From an uncultured Candidatus Saccharibacteria bacterium (GTDB lineage Bacteria; Patescibacteriota; Minisyncoccia; Portnoybacterales; UBA2143): DNA of 32,513 nucleotides. The position numbers and the translations under genes were made by a program. Of this stretch, positions 7,978 to 15,542 are shown piece by piece. The DNA is taken from the NCBI GenBank assembly GCA_964467815.1, contig CAYXST010000004.1, positions 1-32,513 on the forward strand, written 5' to 3'. Below the pieces are notes generated by a model. The model saw only the letters and a list, made by a program, of their open reading frames with translations, was not told where the DNA came from and did no database searches. Each line of letters starts with the position of its first letter. Position 1 is the stretch's first letter.

Positions 7978-7988
7978 ATCTATGATTT

Positions 7989-8426
7989 ATGGACCATATA
8001 GCCATAATGAGAAAATCTTGGGGGTTGTTGCCTAAGATTTTAACTGGAGAAAAGACAATTGAATCTCGCTGGTATAAAAACAAATGTTCTCCTTGGGGTA
8101 AGATTAAACGAGGAGATGTTGTTTATTTTAAGAATTCGGGCGAGCCAGTAACCATCAAAGCAGAAGTTTCCAAAATTATCCAATATTTGGATTTAACGTC
8201 AGCAAAAGTAAGATGGACTTTGCAGAAATACGGCACAAAAGATGGTCTTGGAATAGATGAGATAGATAAATATTATCAGAGGTTTAAAGACAGAAAATAC
8301 TGCTTGTTGGTTTTTCTGAAAAATCCGCAGAAAATTAAACCATTTGAAATAGATAAAACCGGCTATGGCAATATGGCGGCTTGGATTGCTATTGATGATG
8401 TAAATAAATTAAGAAAAAGAATTTAA
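7989..8426 (+). CDS. ASCH (PUA-like) domain protein
   Basis: KILTGEKTIESRWYKN...GDVVYF pattern typical of ASCH domains. Confidence 0.5.
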   Translation: MDHIAIMRKSWGLLPKILTGEKTIESRWYKNKCSPWGKIKRGDVVYFKNSGEPVTIKAEVSKIIQYLDLTSAKVRWTLQKYGTKDGLGIDEIDKYYQRFKDRKYCLLVFLKNPQKIKPFEIDKTGYGNMAAWIAIDDVNKLRKRI

Positions 8427-8514
8427 TCATGGCTTATCTATATACTCTTAAATTAGATTTGCCACAAAAAGATTTTGACTTGTTTTATCTCGTAGGTATT
8501 GATAATCTTAACTT

Positions 8515-9399
8515 ATGCGTTTACCAATTATAATTTCTCGTTTTTCTAATTTATTATTTTTTATTCAAAAGACAAGCCAGAGCCGTTTGGCTAGTTTTGA
8601 TTTACAAAAGTACTTAGATGAGAATCTTGATATATCTTTTTATGGAGGAAGTGAGAGCGAGATTTGGAAACAAATTAGCAAATCAATTGGAAAGCGAGAC
8701 GCGGAGCAATTTAAAAAGGCGATTATTCCAATAAAGTCTGTTTTTGCTCCACATTGGGAAAAAGCGTCCAAGAATCTAAGCCTATGGGAGAAATATTTTC
8801 AAGATAACAGCGAATTATTTGAACAAATTATTCTTGATATTAAAGTATTAAGCAATGTAAAAGACTTCTTGGTTTCTAAAATTCCAATATATCTTGTTTC
8901 TGATTCTCAGAGCGATGGTAAAGATATTAATGCTTGGTTTTCATGGACGCCAAAACAGAGTTTTGTGGTTGTTGAGATTCCAATTGGTCTTAAAGTAGCA
9001 GATAATCTTTTCCAAATAGGTATTTTAGCTCATGAGTATTTTCACCTTGTCTTAAAGAAAAACAAAAAGCTCGTTTTACAAATTAATCAAATAGCTGAAG
9101 AAAATAATGAGTTACTTGAAAAAATATCAAAAAGAGATGTTTCTAATAAGATGTTTTTTGAAGAATTATTGATCAGCTCTTTCGTTCCAGAGGGTTATTT
9201 AAGCGAGAAGTATTTTGGTTTTAAAGTCGCTACTGATATTTATAACCCTAAAGATTTATTAGATTGGCGAAAACTGGTTGCTTCTGAAATGCGTCGATTA
9301 GCAGAAAAGTATATCAACAATTCTCAGCAAATTGATAAAAAATATCTTGGTCAGCTAATAAAGGTTATTAAGCAGAATATAAAACAAAAGCCCTCTTAG
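8515..9399 (+). CDS. hypothetical protein with HExxH motif (possible zinc metallopeptidase)
   Basis: GILAHEYFHLV contains HExxH. No other family assignment is possible by eye. Confidence 0.4.
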   Translation: MRLPIIISRFSNLLFFIQKTSQSRLASFDLQKYLDENLDISFYGGSESEIWKQISKSIGKRDAEQFKKAIIPIKSVFAPHWEKASKNLSLWEKYFQDNSELFEQIILDIKVLSNVKDFLVSKIPIYLVSDSQSDGKDINAWFSWTPKQSFVVVEIPIGLKVADNLFQIGILAHEYFHLVLKKNKKLVLQINQIAEENNELLEKISKRDVSNKMFFEELLISSFVPEGYLSEKYFGFKVATDIYNPKDLLDWRKLVASEMRRLAEKYINNSQQIDKKYLGQLIKVIKQNIKQKPS

Positions 9400-9418
9400 A
9401 GATTCGTCTCTAAGAGGG
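9391..9418. terminator. bidirectional stem-loop between convergent genes
   Basis: CCCTCTTAGAG-ATTCGT-CTCTAAGAGGG, a perfect 11-bp stem overlapping the stop of 8515..9399. It lies 10 nt from the stop of the minus-strand peptide ORF. Confidence 0.55.
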
Positions 9419-9428
9419 ATTGAAGTGT

Positions 9429-9584
9429 TTATTTCCTGTTTGCCCAGTGACCTTTGTCCCACGGGCCCTTATCCCAGGCTTTGCCCCAAGGTTTGTTTTT
9501 CTTTCCCATGGCTTGGATTGTTGCTTCTTTTTTGGCCTGAAGAAGAACTTTTGGGACAGCCCTTGAAGCGGCGGGATTTGACAT
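9429..9584 (-). CDS. candidate RiPP precursor peptide, 51 aa (MSNPAASRAVPKVLLQAKKEATIQAMGKKNKPWGKAWDKGPWDKGHWANRK)
   Basis: Hand-translated from the minus strand. AGGAGGTG lies 6 nt upstream of the ATG at 9584, and the ORF starts 39 nt downstream of the rSAM stop. The C-terminal core has the repeats WGK/WDK/WDK/WAN. Confidence 0.65.
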   Translation of the reverse strand: MSNPAASRAVPKVLLQAKKEATIQAMGKKNKPWGKAWDKGPWDKGHWANRK

Positions 9585-9623
9585 GGTCTTCACCTCCTTT
9601 TGTTTGGAATTTGCCGCCTTTAA

Positions 9624-10721
9624 TTATGCAAGACCATACGATTTTATCTTGCCTGCAATATGCCCAAAGTACCTTTTGAGGTTTTCACAAACTTCATCGA
9701 TTGGTTTGACGGAATCGAGTTGCACGTAGCAATCCTTGGCACATCCTCCTTTACATATAAAACCCCAATCGCATGTTTGGCAGTTTGCCCTTCTTTTTCT
9801 CAGTGTTTCTTGGAAACTTTTTAGGTGTGGATTAGATCTGACCAAGGCCGAATCATCTATTACGTTGCCAAAGCTTAGGGCATTTGTTTTAGGGAAAGAA
9901 TCGCAGCCGTAAATTGAACCATCGTGGTAAACAGTGACGAATTGATCGCATTCTCCCATATAGATGCATTCGCGCTTGTTGCCGCCGAGAATTAAGCTGA
10001 CAACGCTTTGAATGTCTCGGATTTCAACTTCTGGGTCGTCCAGCTCCAGCCAGAGATCAAAGATGGCAATCATGAAATCGGCGTATTGTCTTGGTGAAAT
10101 GGTGAGTGAAGATACATCGTTGCAATGACCGATATCTCTCACTCTGGCAAATTTCAACTTTTTTATGTCTTTCGTGATAAAAAAGTTGAAAATCTCTTTC
10201 GGGAATTGATGATTGATAGCGCTGACGCCGCAAATAATTCCGTTGAATATCCCAGCTCGCCTCAGCAAATCAATACCTTTCATAACATTGTCGTACGACC
10301 CTCTTTTATCAGGATAGTATCGGACCTGGTCATGAAAATCTTTAGGGCCATCAAGGCTTACGCCGACGAAAAAGTTGTGTTCAAGAAAGAATTCTGTCCA
10401 TTCGGGCGTAACTAGAGTAGCATTAGTTTGGACTGAATTCGTTATTCTTTTGCCTTTTTGTTCCCATGGTCGTTGATATTCTACAGCTTTACGGTAAAAA
10501 TCTATTCCAGCGAGCAAAGGTTCGCCTCCATGCCAGATAAACTCAATGTCGTCTTGATCGCGACAGAAAAAATCAGTCATTGCTTTCAAGGTTTTTGGAA
10601 GCATGCGATCTTGCCTAGTCGATTTTTCATGCCCGGAAACGTAGCAGTAGGAACAGGATAGATTGCATAAGCCATTGACTGGTTTGATAATCGGAGTGGA
10701 AATTGCTTGATAGGTTGCCAT
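9624..10721 (-). CDS. radical SAM/SPASM enzyme, anaerobic sulfatase-maturase-like (peptide-modifying candidate)
   Basis: CNLSCSYC (CxxxCxxC) near the N-terminus. C-terminal Cys clusters are CIYMGEC...YGCDSF...CQTCDWGFICKGGCAKDC. AGGAGGTG lies upstream of the ATG. Confidence 0.8.
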   Translation of the reverse strand: MATYQAISTPIIKPVNGLCNLSCSYCYVSGHEKSTRQDRMLPKTLKAMTDFFCRDQDDIEFIWHGGEPLLAGIDFYRKAVEYQRPWEQKGKRITNSVQTNATLVTPEWTEFFLEHNFFVGVSLDGPKDFHDQVRYYPDKRGSYDNVMKGIDLLRRAGIFNGIICGVSAINHQFPKEIFNFFITKDIKKLKFARVRDIGHCNDVSSLTISPRQYADFMIAIFDLWLELDDPEVEIRDIQSVVSLILGGNKRECIYMGECDQFVTVYHDGSIYGCDSFPKTNALSFGNVIDDSALVRSNPHLKSFQETLRKRRANCQTCDWGFICKGGCAKDCYVQLDSVKPIDEVCENLKRYFGHIAGKIKSYGLA

Positions 10722-10839
10722 CGCACACCTCCTTTCTTTTATGGTTGTAAAAGTGCATTAAAATCTTATTCGTATCTTGTCTAATAGAGTATATATAATT
10801 ATGTATTTTGTCAAGTTTTTGCTAAAATAGCACGAAATT

Positions 10840-11439
10840 ATGAAAAAACAAGTAATACTAATTCATGGAGGTTCAACCTTTGATTCGTACAAGGATTATT
10901 TGGCGTTTCTTAAGGGTTTGAAGATTGATTTGAATAGATACAGGAGAACAAAGTGGAGTAATTCTTTAAGGCAGGATTTAGGCAGTAGATTTGATGTTTT
11001 GTTGCCGAAAATGCCCAACCCAATGAATGCTAAATATGATGAGTGGAGAATTCTATTTAAAAAGATAGCGACTCTTTTAGATAATAACGTTATTTTAATC
11101 GGTCATTCTTTGGGGGCAATATTTTTAGCTAAGTATCTGTCAGAAAATAAGTTTCCTAAAAAGATTTTGGCAACATTACTTGTTTCGCCGCCATACGACG
11201 ATGAAGGCATGGAAGAATCTTTGGGCGATTTTATTTTACCTAAGAGCTTGGATAAATTAAACAAGCAAGGTGGCAAGATTTTTATCTATCAGAGCAAAGA
11301 CGACAAAGTGGTTCCGTATTCTCATCTTGAGAAATATAAAAAAGCATTGCCTAACGCTATTATCAGAGAATTTAAGAAAAGAGGGCATTTTGACCAGCCA
11401 AAGTTTTCTGAATTGATAAAAGATATTAAAGGGTTATAG
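10840..11439 (+). CDS. alpha/beta hydrolase (YdeN/RBBP9-like serine hydrolase)
   Basis: Nucleophile elbow GHSLGA, with downstream KDDKVVP (Asp) and RGHF (His). Confidence 0.65.
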   Translation: MKKQVILIHGGSTFDSYKDYLAFLKGLKIDLNRYRRTKWSNSLRQDLGSRFDVLLPKMPNPMNAKYDEWRILFKKIATLLDNNVILIGHSLGAIFLAKYLSENKFPKKILATLLVSPPYDDEGMEESLGDFILPKSLDKLNKQGGKIFIYQSKDDKVVPYSHLEKYKKALPNAIIREFKKRGHFDQPKFSELIKDIKGL

Positions 11440-11516
11440 TTGGATTTTCTTTGGAATTGTTTATTAGAGAGGTTCTCACCTGCTTCATTCCGCGGAGCCA
11501 AATAGGGTATTATTTG

Positions 11517-11553
11517 AAAATCTGCTATAATTATGCTTAAGGCAGATTTTTTA
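11517..11553 (+). terminator. rho-independent terminator
   Basis: AAAATCTGC...GCAGATTTT stem followed by a T-run. Confidence 0.6.
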
Positions 11554-11570
11554 TTTCCACAGGTCAACTA

Positions 11571-11604
11571 TTGACATATATCATACATATATCATATATG
11601 ATAT
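11571..11604 (+). promoter_or_regulatory. promoter with overlapping palindromic operator
   Basis: TTGACA at 11571-11576 and an A/T -10 at about 11594-11600. A perfect 16-bp palindrome ATATCATATATGATAT lies at 11589-11604. The ATG at 11608 has no SD. Confidence 0.5.
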
Positions 11605-11607
11605 ACA

Positions 11608-11910
11608 ATGAATAAAAATAAAAAACAACTAAAAGCAATTGATTTTCAGGAATATTTAGCTGAGCAATTAAAAAACCCTGAATTTAAAAAGCATTATGAT
11701 GAATATGGCCGGCAATTAGAAATTGCTTACCAAATTTTGCAGTTACGGAAAAAGAGAAAGATGTCTCAGGCAGAATTGGCCAAAAAGATTGGCACTAAGC
11801 AAAGCAATATTGCTCGGATGGAAACAGGCCAGCAGAATTTTACAATTGATATGCTTCAAAAAATTGCTTCTGTATTAGGTAAGAACCTTAAAGTTGAATT
11901 TACAAAATAG
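11608..11910 (+). CDS. XRE-family helix-turn-helix transcriptional regulator (HigA/antitoxin-like architecture)
   Basis: LRKKRKMSQAELAKKIGTKQSNIARMETGQQNFTIDMLQKIA is a canonical XRE HTH. Confidence 0.75.
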   Translation: MNKNKKQLKAIDFQEYLAEQLKNPEFKKHYDEYGRQLEIAYQILQLRKKRKMSQAELAKKIGTKQSNIARMETGQQNFTIDMLQKIASVLGKNLKVEFTK

Positions 11911-11953
11911 GTTCGAAAATCATTCCATCATGAAAAATCCAATTTAAGTCGCA

Positions 11954-12142
11954 GGGTAAGGCATACCCAAAATGTCAGGCCAGAACCAGTAATTGTCTAA
12001 CTTGATTTAAAACTAATCCTGGAACAGGCAGGGCTTTGCTCCAGTCAAAGGTTCGAAAGCTGTCTCGCCAAGCGAGCCACAAAAAATCACCAGTATTCGC
12101 TGGTAATTTTGTGTATATCCGAAGTGGACAGTAAAACTTTTT
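11954..12142. ncRNA. candidate structured RNA / repeat element, copy B
   Basis: The core 12008-12079 matches copy A at 69/72 positions. Compensatory changes occur in flanking helices (GGGTA/TACCC versus GGGCA/TGCCC; TCAGG/CTTGA versus TCAAA/TTTGA). A hairpin of different sequence occupies the equivalent place (12078-12113). Confidence 0.45.
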
Positions 12143-12250
12143 GGTATTAGAATAAAGTTGCAGCGTTGATTTATTGCGGATTTTAAATCGGATGGTTGTC
12201 TGTATTTTTTTATAGCTTGGTCTGTTTACAGAAAGAAGCGATCTAGCAAT

Positions 12251-12940
12251 ATGGACAAAAAGGAATTTTATCTTAAGAAAATAGGCCAAAGAGGAAAAAT
12301 TGCCATTTGGCTGGTTGATGGCAGTAAGATTAGATGTGATTTAGATAAAGAATTTACTAATTTTGGGCAGCATTTCAGATTTTCCTTTATACCTAAATAT
12401 GAATTTTGGCTGGATAAAGAAGCAATGCCCAATGAACGCCGTTTTTTTATAGACCATCTTCTTGTTGAATGGCAGAGCATGAGGGAGGGAAGTTCATATA
12501 TTGAAGCGTTTGATGCGGCTGGCGAGAAAGAGCGTTCCGAAAGGTTTAAGGCGGGCGATTTGAAAAAGGTCTGCGGCAAAGATAATCGCCCTGATATTAA
12601 AAAGATGCGTTGTCGGTTGCTGTACAAAACAGACGGCGGGATTTTGATTTGGCTGGTTTATGGCCGTTTGGTCAGAAGCGCTTTTAATATTGATTTCACC
12701 CAGGGCGGCCATGACTTAGTTTATGATTTTGTGCCCAGGAATAACGTTTGGCTGGATAACGATGTTTTGATTAAAGAACGGCCCTATATTATGTTGCACG
12801 AACTTTACGAACGCTCTTTGATGAAACGAGGGTTTGATTATCCGAAGGCGCACAGAAGGGCAAGCAAAATAGAATGGCAGGCGAGGCATGACAAAAGAAA
12901 GCTCAAAGAAAGTTTGGCGCTTTTAGGCATATATGATTAG
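12251..12940 (+). CDS. hypothetical protein made of two tandem copies of an ~85-aa unknown domain
   Basis: Internal repeat: IWLVDGSKIR..FTNFGQ..FIPKYEFWLD..ERRFFIDHLLVEW aligns with IWLVYGRLVR..FTQGGH..FVPRNNVWLD..ERPYIMLHELYER. Confidence 0.5.
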   Translation: MDKKEFYLKKIGQRGKIAIWLVDGSKIRCDLDKEFTNFGQHFRFSFIPKYEFWLDKEAMPNERRFFIDHLLVEWQSMREGSSYIEAFDAAGEKERSERFKAGDLKKVCGKDNRPDIKKMRCRLLYKTDGGILIWLVYGRLVRSAFNIDFTQGGHDLVYDFVPRNNVWLDNDVLIKERPYIMLHELYERSLMKRGFDYPKAHRRASKIEWQARHDKRKLKESLALLGIYD

Positions 12941-13020
12941 AATAGCCGCGTTCGGGGATAGTTATATGTTGTTTCTCCAGACAAATTAAAACAGGCCCTC
13001 TTATGCAAAACCAAAAAAAT

Positions 13021-13039
13021 CGCCAAAGGGCGTTTTTTT
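13021..13039 (+). terminator. rho-independent terminator
   Basis: CGCC-AAAG-GGCG followed by T7. The stem is short. Confidence 0.45.
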
Positions 13040-13157
13040 ATTATTCACCAATCTGTCTTTGAAGATTAATTTGACATAATCGTCAGAAATGGTATCTTGT
13101 TTTTAGGCTCTTGAACAATTAAATATTTAATTGATTGGAATAACAAAGGAGGAAAAA

Positions 13158-13730
13158 ATGACAGTCAAGACAAAGATACAGGAGGCGATGGAGACGCCTC
13201 AAAGCAAGAAAGAGGTCGAAGCCGGCATTAGGCGAATAGGCGACTTATTATCCGAAATAAGTCAGATGGAAAACAATTTGAGTAAAACTGTTCAGCGGAT
13301 GACCGCGGCTGCCTCAAAAATGGCGAGTCATCGGGAACAGGAAATCGTCAAAATACAGCTGACCATTGAGGCATTTATGGCCAGTCATCGCCAAGAACTG
13401 ACCCAAGGCGGCAAAACCAAATCGATTAAGTTGCCTGCTGGCAGGACCGGCTGGCGTCTTTCTTCTTCTTCGGTGGAAATAATGGGCGAAGAAGAAGAAA
13501 TGGCAAAACAGCTCGAGAAGATGGGATTAAATGGACTAGTCAGGATTAAAAGGACCGTTGATAAAGAGGCGGTTAAAAAGAATCCTGGATTGGTCCAAGA
13601 GGTTAAAGGTCTCATTGTCAGAAAAGGCAAAGAGATTTTCTGGATAGAGCCGGCCAGGATTGGTTTGAAGACGGAGATTGCCGAAGACGGCCGACTGGTC
13701 AGACGCAAGTCAGGGGCAAAAAAAGATTAA
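13158..13730 (+). CDS. gam: phage Mu Gam-like host-nuclease inhibitor / DNA-end-binding protein
   Basis: An N-terminal coiled coil is followed by ELTQGGKTKSIKLPAGRTGWRLSSSSVEI...LGLNGLVRIKRTVDKEAVKK, matching the Mu Gam family pattern. AAGGAGG precedes ATG 13158. Confidence 0.6.
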   Translation: MTVKTKIQEAMETPQSKKEVEAGIRRIGDLLSEISQMENNLSKTVQRMTAAASKMASHREQEIVKIQLTIEAFMASHRQELTQGGKTKSIKLPAGRTGWRLSSSSVEIMGEEEEMAKQLEKMGLNGLVRIKRTVDKEAVKKNPGLVQEVKGLIVRKGKEIFWIEPARIGLKTEIAEDGRLVRRKSGAKKD

Positions 13731-13755
13731 CCCGATTGAACGGACGAATCTTATT

Positions 13756-13787
13756 CTCCCTTCTTTAGAGAAAGAAGGGAGTTTTTA
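13756..13787 (+). terminator. rho-independent terminator
   Basis: CTCCCTTCTTT-AGAG-AAAGAAGGGAG followed by T5. Confidence 0.75.
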
Positions 13788-13860
13788 TTTTCGCAGCGAG
13801 CGAAAGAAATAAAAATTTGTCTTTATTTCCGAACATATTTAAATGTTTTTTTGAGAAAAA

Positions 13861-14775
13861 TTAGTTGTCATCCAAAAATCCGGTAATAATCAGATTAATG
13901 GCTTCTTTTTCAGAAAGGCCTCTCGTTCTCAAATAATTTAGTTCTTCTTCGGAAATTTTGCCGATAGAGGCCTCATGAGTTAGCTGAGCTTTTTTGTTTT
14001 GGCAAACCAATTTGGGGGCTAAAGAAATGACTGAATCTGAACTGACTAATAAACCCTGACAATCTAGATGGCCCTTAGCCGGCGCTTGGGCAAAAATTTC
14101 GCTGACTGCTTCAATTCGGCTCTTTTGGCGGCCGACCAGTCTCAAATTAACTATTCCTTGGGAATTTTTTCCTTTAAGAAAAACGGTATCTTTTAAATTT
14201 ATCTTGGAGTTTAGGGCGTTAATGATAAATTTTAGATTAGCCGAAGCATTATCATCGTTATAGACCGCGGTTTTTAATTGAAGATTTTTGGGCGGGGCTA
14301 AATTTTTGTAATTATAGATAAGTTGGCTGTCCTTGCCCAGGATAAATTGATAATCAGGATTGACTAAATCTTTTTGGCCCCATTGATGGAAATGGTTATA
14401 TTCCAGACTGGCTTTTTCTTTAAGAATCAGTTTGCCTTGGGCCCGGTGAAGGCAGTCGAGATTAGAGCGGACGGCTCGGCAAACAACATTGGCTTTGGCT
14501 TTAATATTTTTTTCAATAACTAACAGGTTGTTTAGATGCTGGGAGACCTTTTTAGAGGCAATAGCAATGCAGGTGGTCAAAGAAAAAAGGGGTTGTTCTT
14601 TAACCCAGATGAAATATCCTTCTTTTGGTTTTTTCTGAAAATATTTTCTGGTCCAGTTTAATTTTTGCCAGGCCTGGGGGCTGGGCAAAATAATAACGCC
14701 TTTTCTTTCAGAAATATTTTCTACTTTATGGTCAACTTGCCCATAATGGGCATTTTTTGCATTTATCATAGCCAT
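13861..14775 (-). CDS. sufD: Fe-S cluster assembly scaffold protein, SufB/SufD family
   Basis: The C-terminal EEELNYLRTRGLSEKEAINLIITGFL is typical of SufB/D. Translationally overlapped with sufC. Confidence 0.7.
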   Translation of the reverse strand: MAMINAKNAHYGQVDHKVENISERKGVIILPSPQAWQKLNWTRKYFQKKPKEGYFIWVKEQPLFSLTTCIAIASKKVSQHLNNLLVIEKNIKAKANVVCRAVRSNLDCLHRAQGKLILKEKASLEYNHFHQWGQKDLVNPDYQFILGKDSQLIYNYKNLAPPKNLQLKTAVYNDDNASANLKFIINALNSKINLKDTVFLKGKNSQGIVNLRLVGRQKSRIEAVSEIFAQAPAKGHLDCQGLLVSSDSVISLAPKLVCQNKKAQLTHEASIGKISEEELNYLRTRGLSEKEAINLIITGFLDDN

Positions 14776-15460
14776 ATTTTTTAATTACCCGGAGGACTTT
14801 TTGATAGTTTTTTTCCCGGCAAATAATTTTTCCGTCAAGCATAACATTGGTCAATTGGGGTTTTAAAAAACGTAAAATAGTCCCCGAATGGGTAATCAAT
14901 AAAAGAGCAATCTTTTTATTAATCAATTCTTTTCTTATTAGGCGGGCCATTTTTTCCAACCTTTTAATATCTAAGCCGGAATCAATTTCGTCTAAAATGA
15001 CTAATTGGGGATTGAGAGATAAAACCTGAAGCAGTTCGGACATTTTTTTCTCGCCGCCGGAAAAATCTAAATTAACTTGGCGGCTTAAGAGATTGCCGTC
15101 AAAATCTAATTTTGACCCAAATTTCCTTTTTGGGCCTTTAAGGCCCAAATTGATTTTTTTCAATAATCGGTCTAGCCTAATTCCCTTGATAGCCGGCGGA
15201 TTCTGCCAAGCCAAAGCGATACCCAGCTTGGTTCTTTTTTCCGGAGGCAATTTAGTAATTTCTTTACCACGGAAAATAATTTTTCCCCGGCTGATTTGGT
15301 ATTTGGGGTTGCCGGCAATGACTTGAACGAAAGTGCTTTTCCCGGAAGCGTTGGGACCCAAAAGAGCTTGGCATTCTCCTTTTTTAATCTTTAGATTAAC
15401 GCCCTTCAATATTTCTTGGCCGTTGCCTTTGACTTTTAAATTTTTGATTTCTAAAAACAT
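14732..15460 (-). CDS. sufC: Fe-S cluster assembly ATPase SufC
   Basis: Walker A GPNASGKST, signature FSGGEKK, Walker B LVILDEIDSGLD and H-loop ITHS. Confidence 0.85.
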   Translation of the reverse strand: MFLEIKNLKVKGNGQEILKGVNLKIKKGECQALLGPNASGKSTFVQVIAGNPKYQISRGKIIFRGKEITKLPPEKRTKLGIALAWQNPPAIKGIRLDRLLKKINLGLKGPKRKFGSKLDFDGNLLSRQVNLDFSGGEKKMSELLQVLSLNPQLVILDEIDSGLDIKRLEKMARLIRKELINKKIALLLITHSGTILRFLKPQLTNVMLDGKIICREKNYQKVLRVIKKYGYDKCKKCPLWAS

Positions 15461-15542
15461 AAAGCAGGTTTATTTTAGCACGTTTTTTTGATATGTCAAA
15501 ATTAACTTTGCTTGACAATCGGAATATGCTATAATTTATTAA

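Noticed and set aside
9425-9679. 84-aa plus-strand ORF in the track (MFISCLPSDLCPTGPY...)
   Set aside because: It is the antisense shadow of the minus-strand 51-aa peptide ORF and of the 3' end of the rSAM gene. It has a GTG start, no SD and a low-complexity Pro/Leu sequence.
12268-12712. Minus-strand ORFs 12268..12627 and 12494..12712
   Set aside because: They are antisense to the internally repeated plus-strand CDS, which has the better coding signature. They have no SD or motif.
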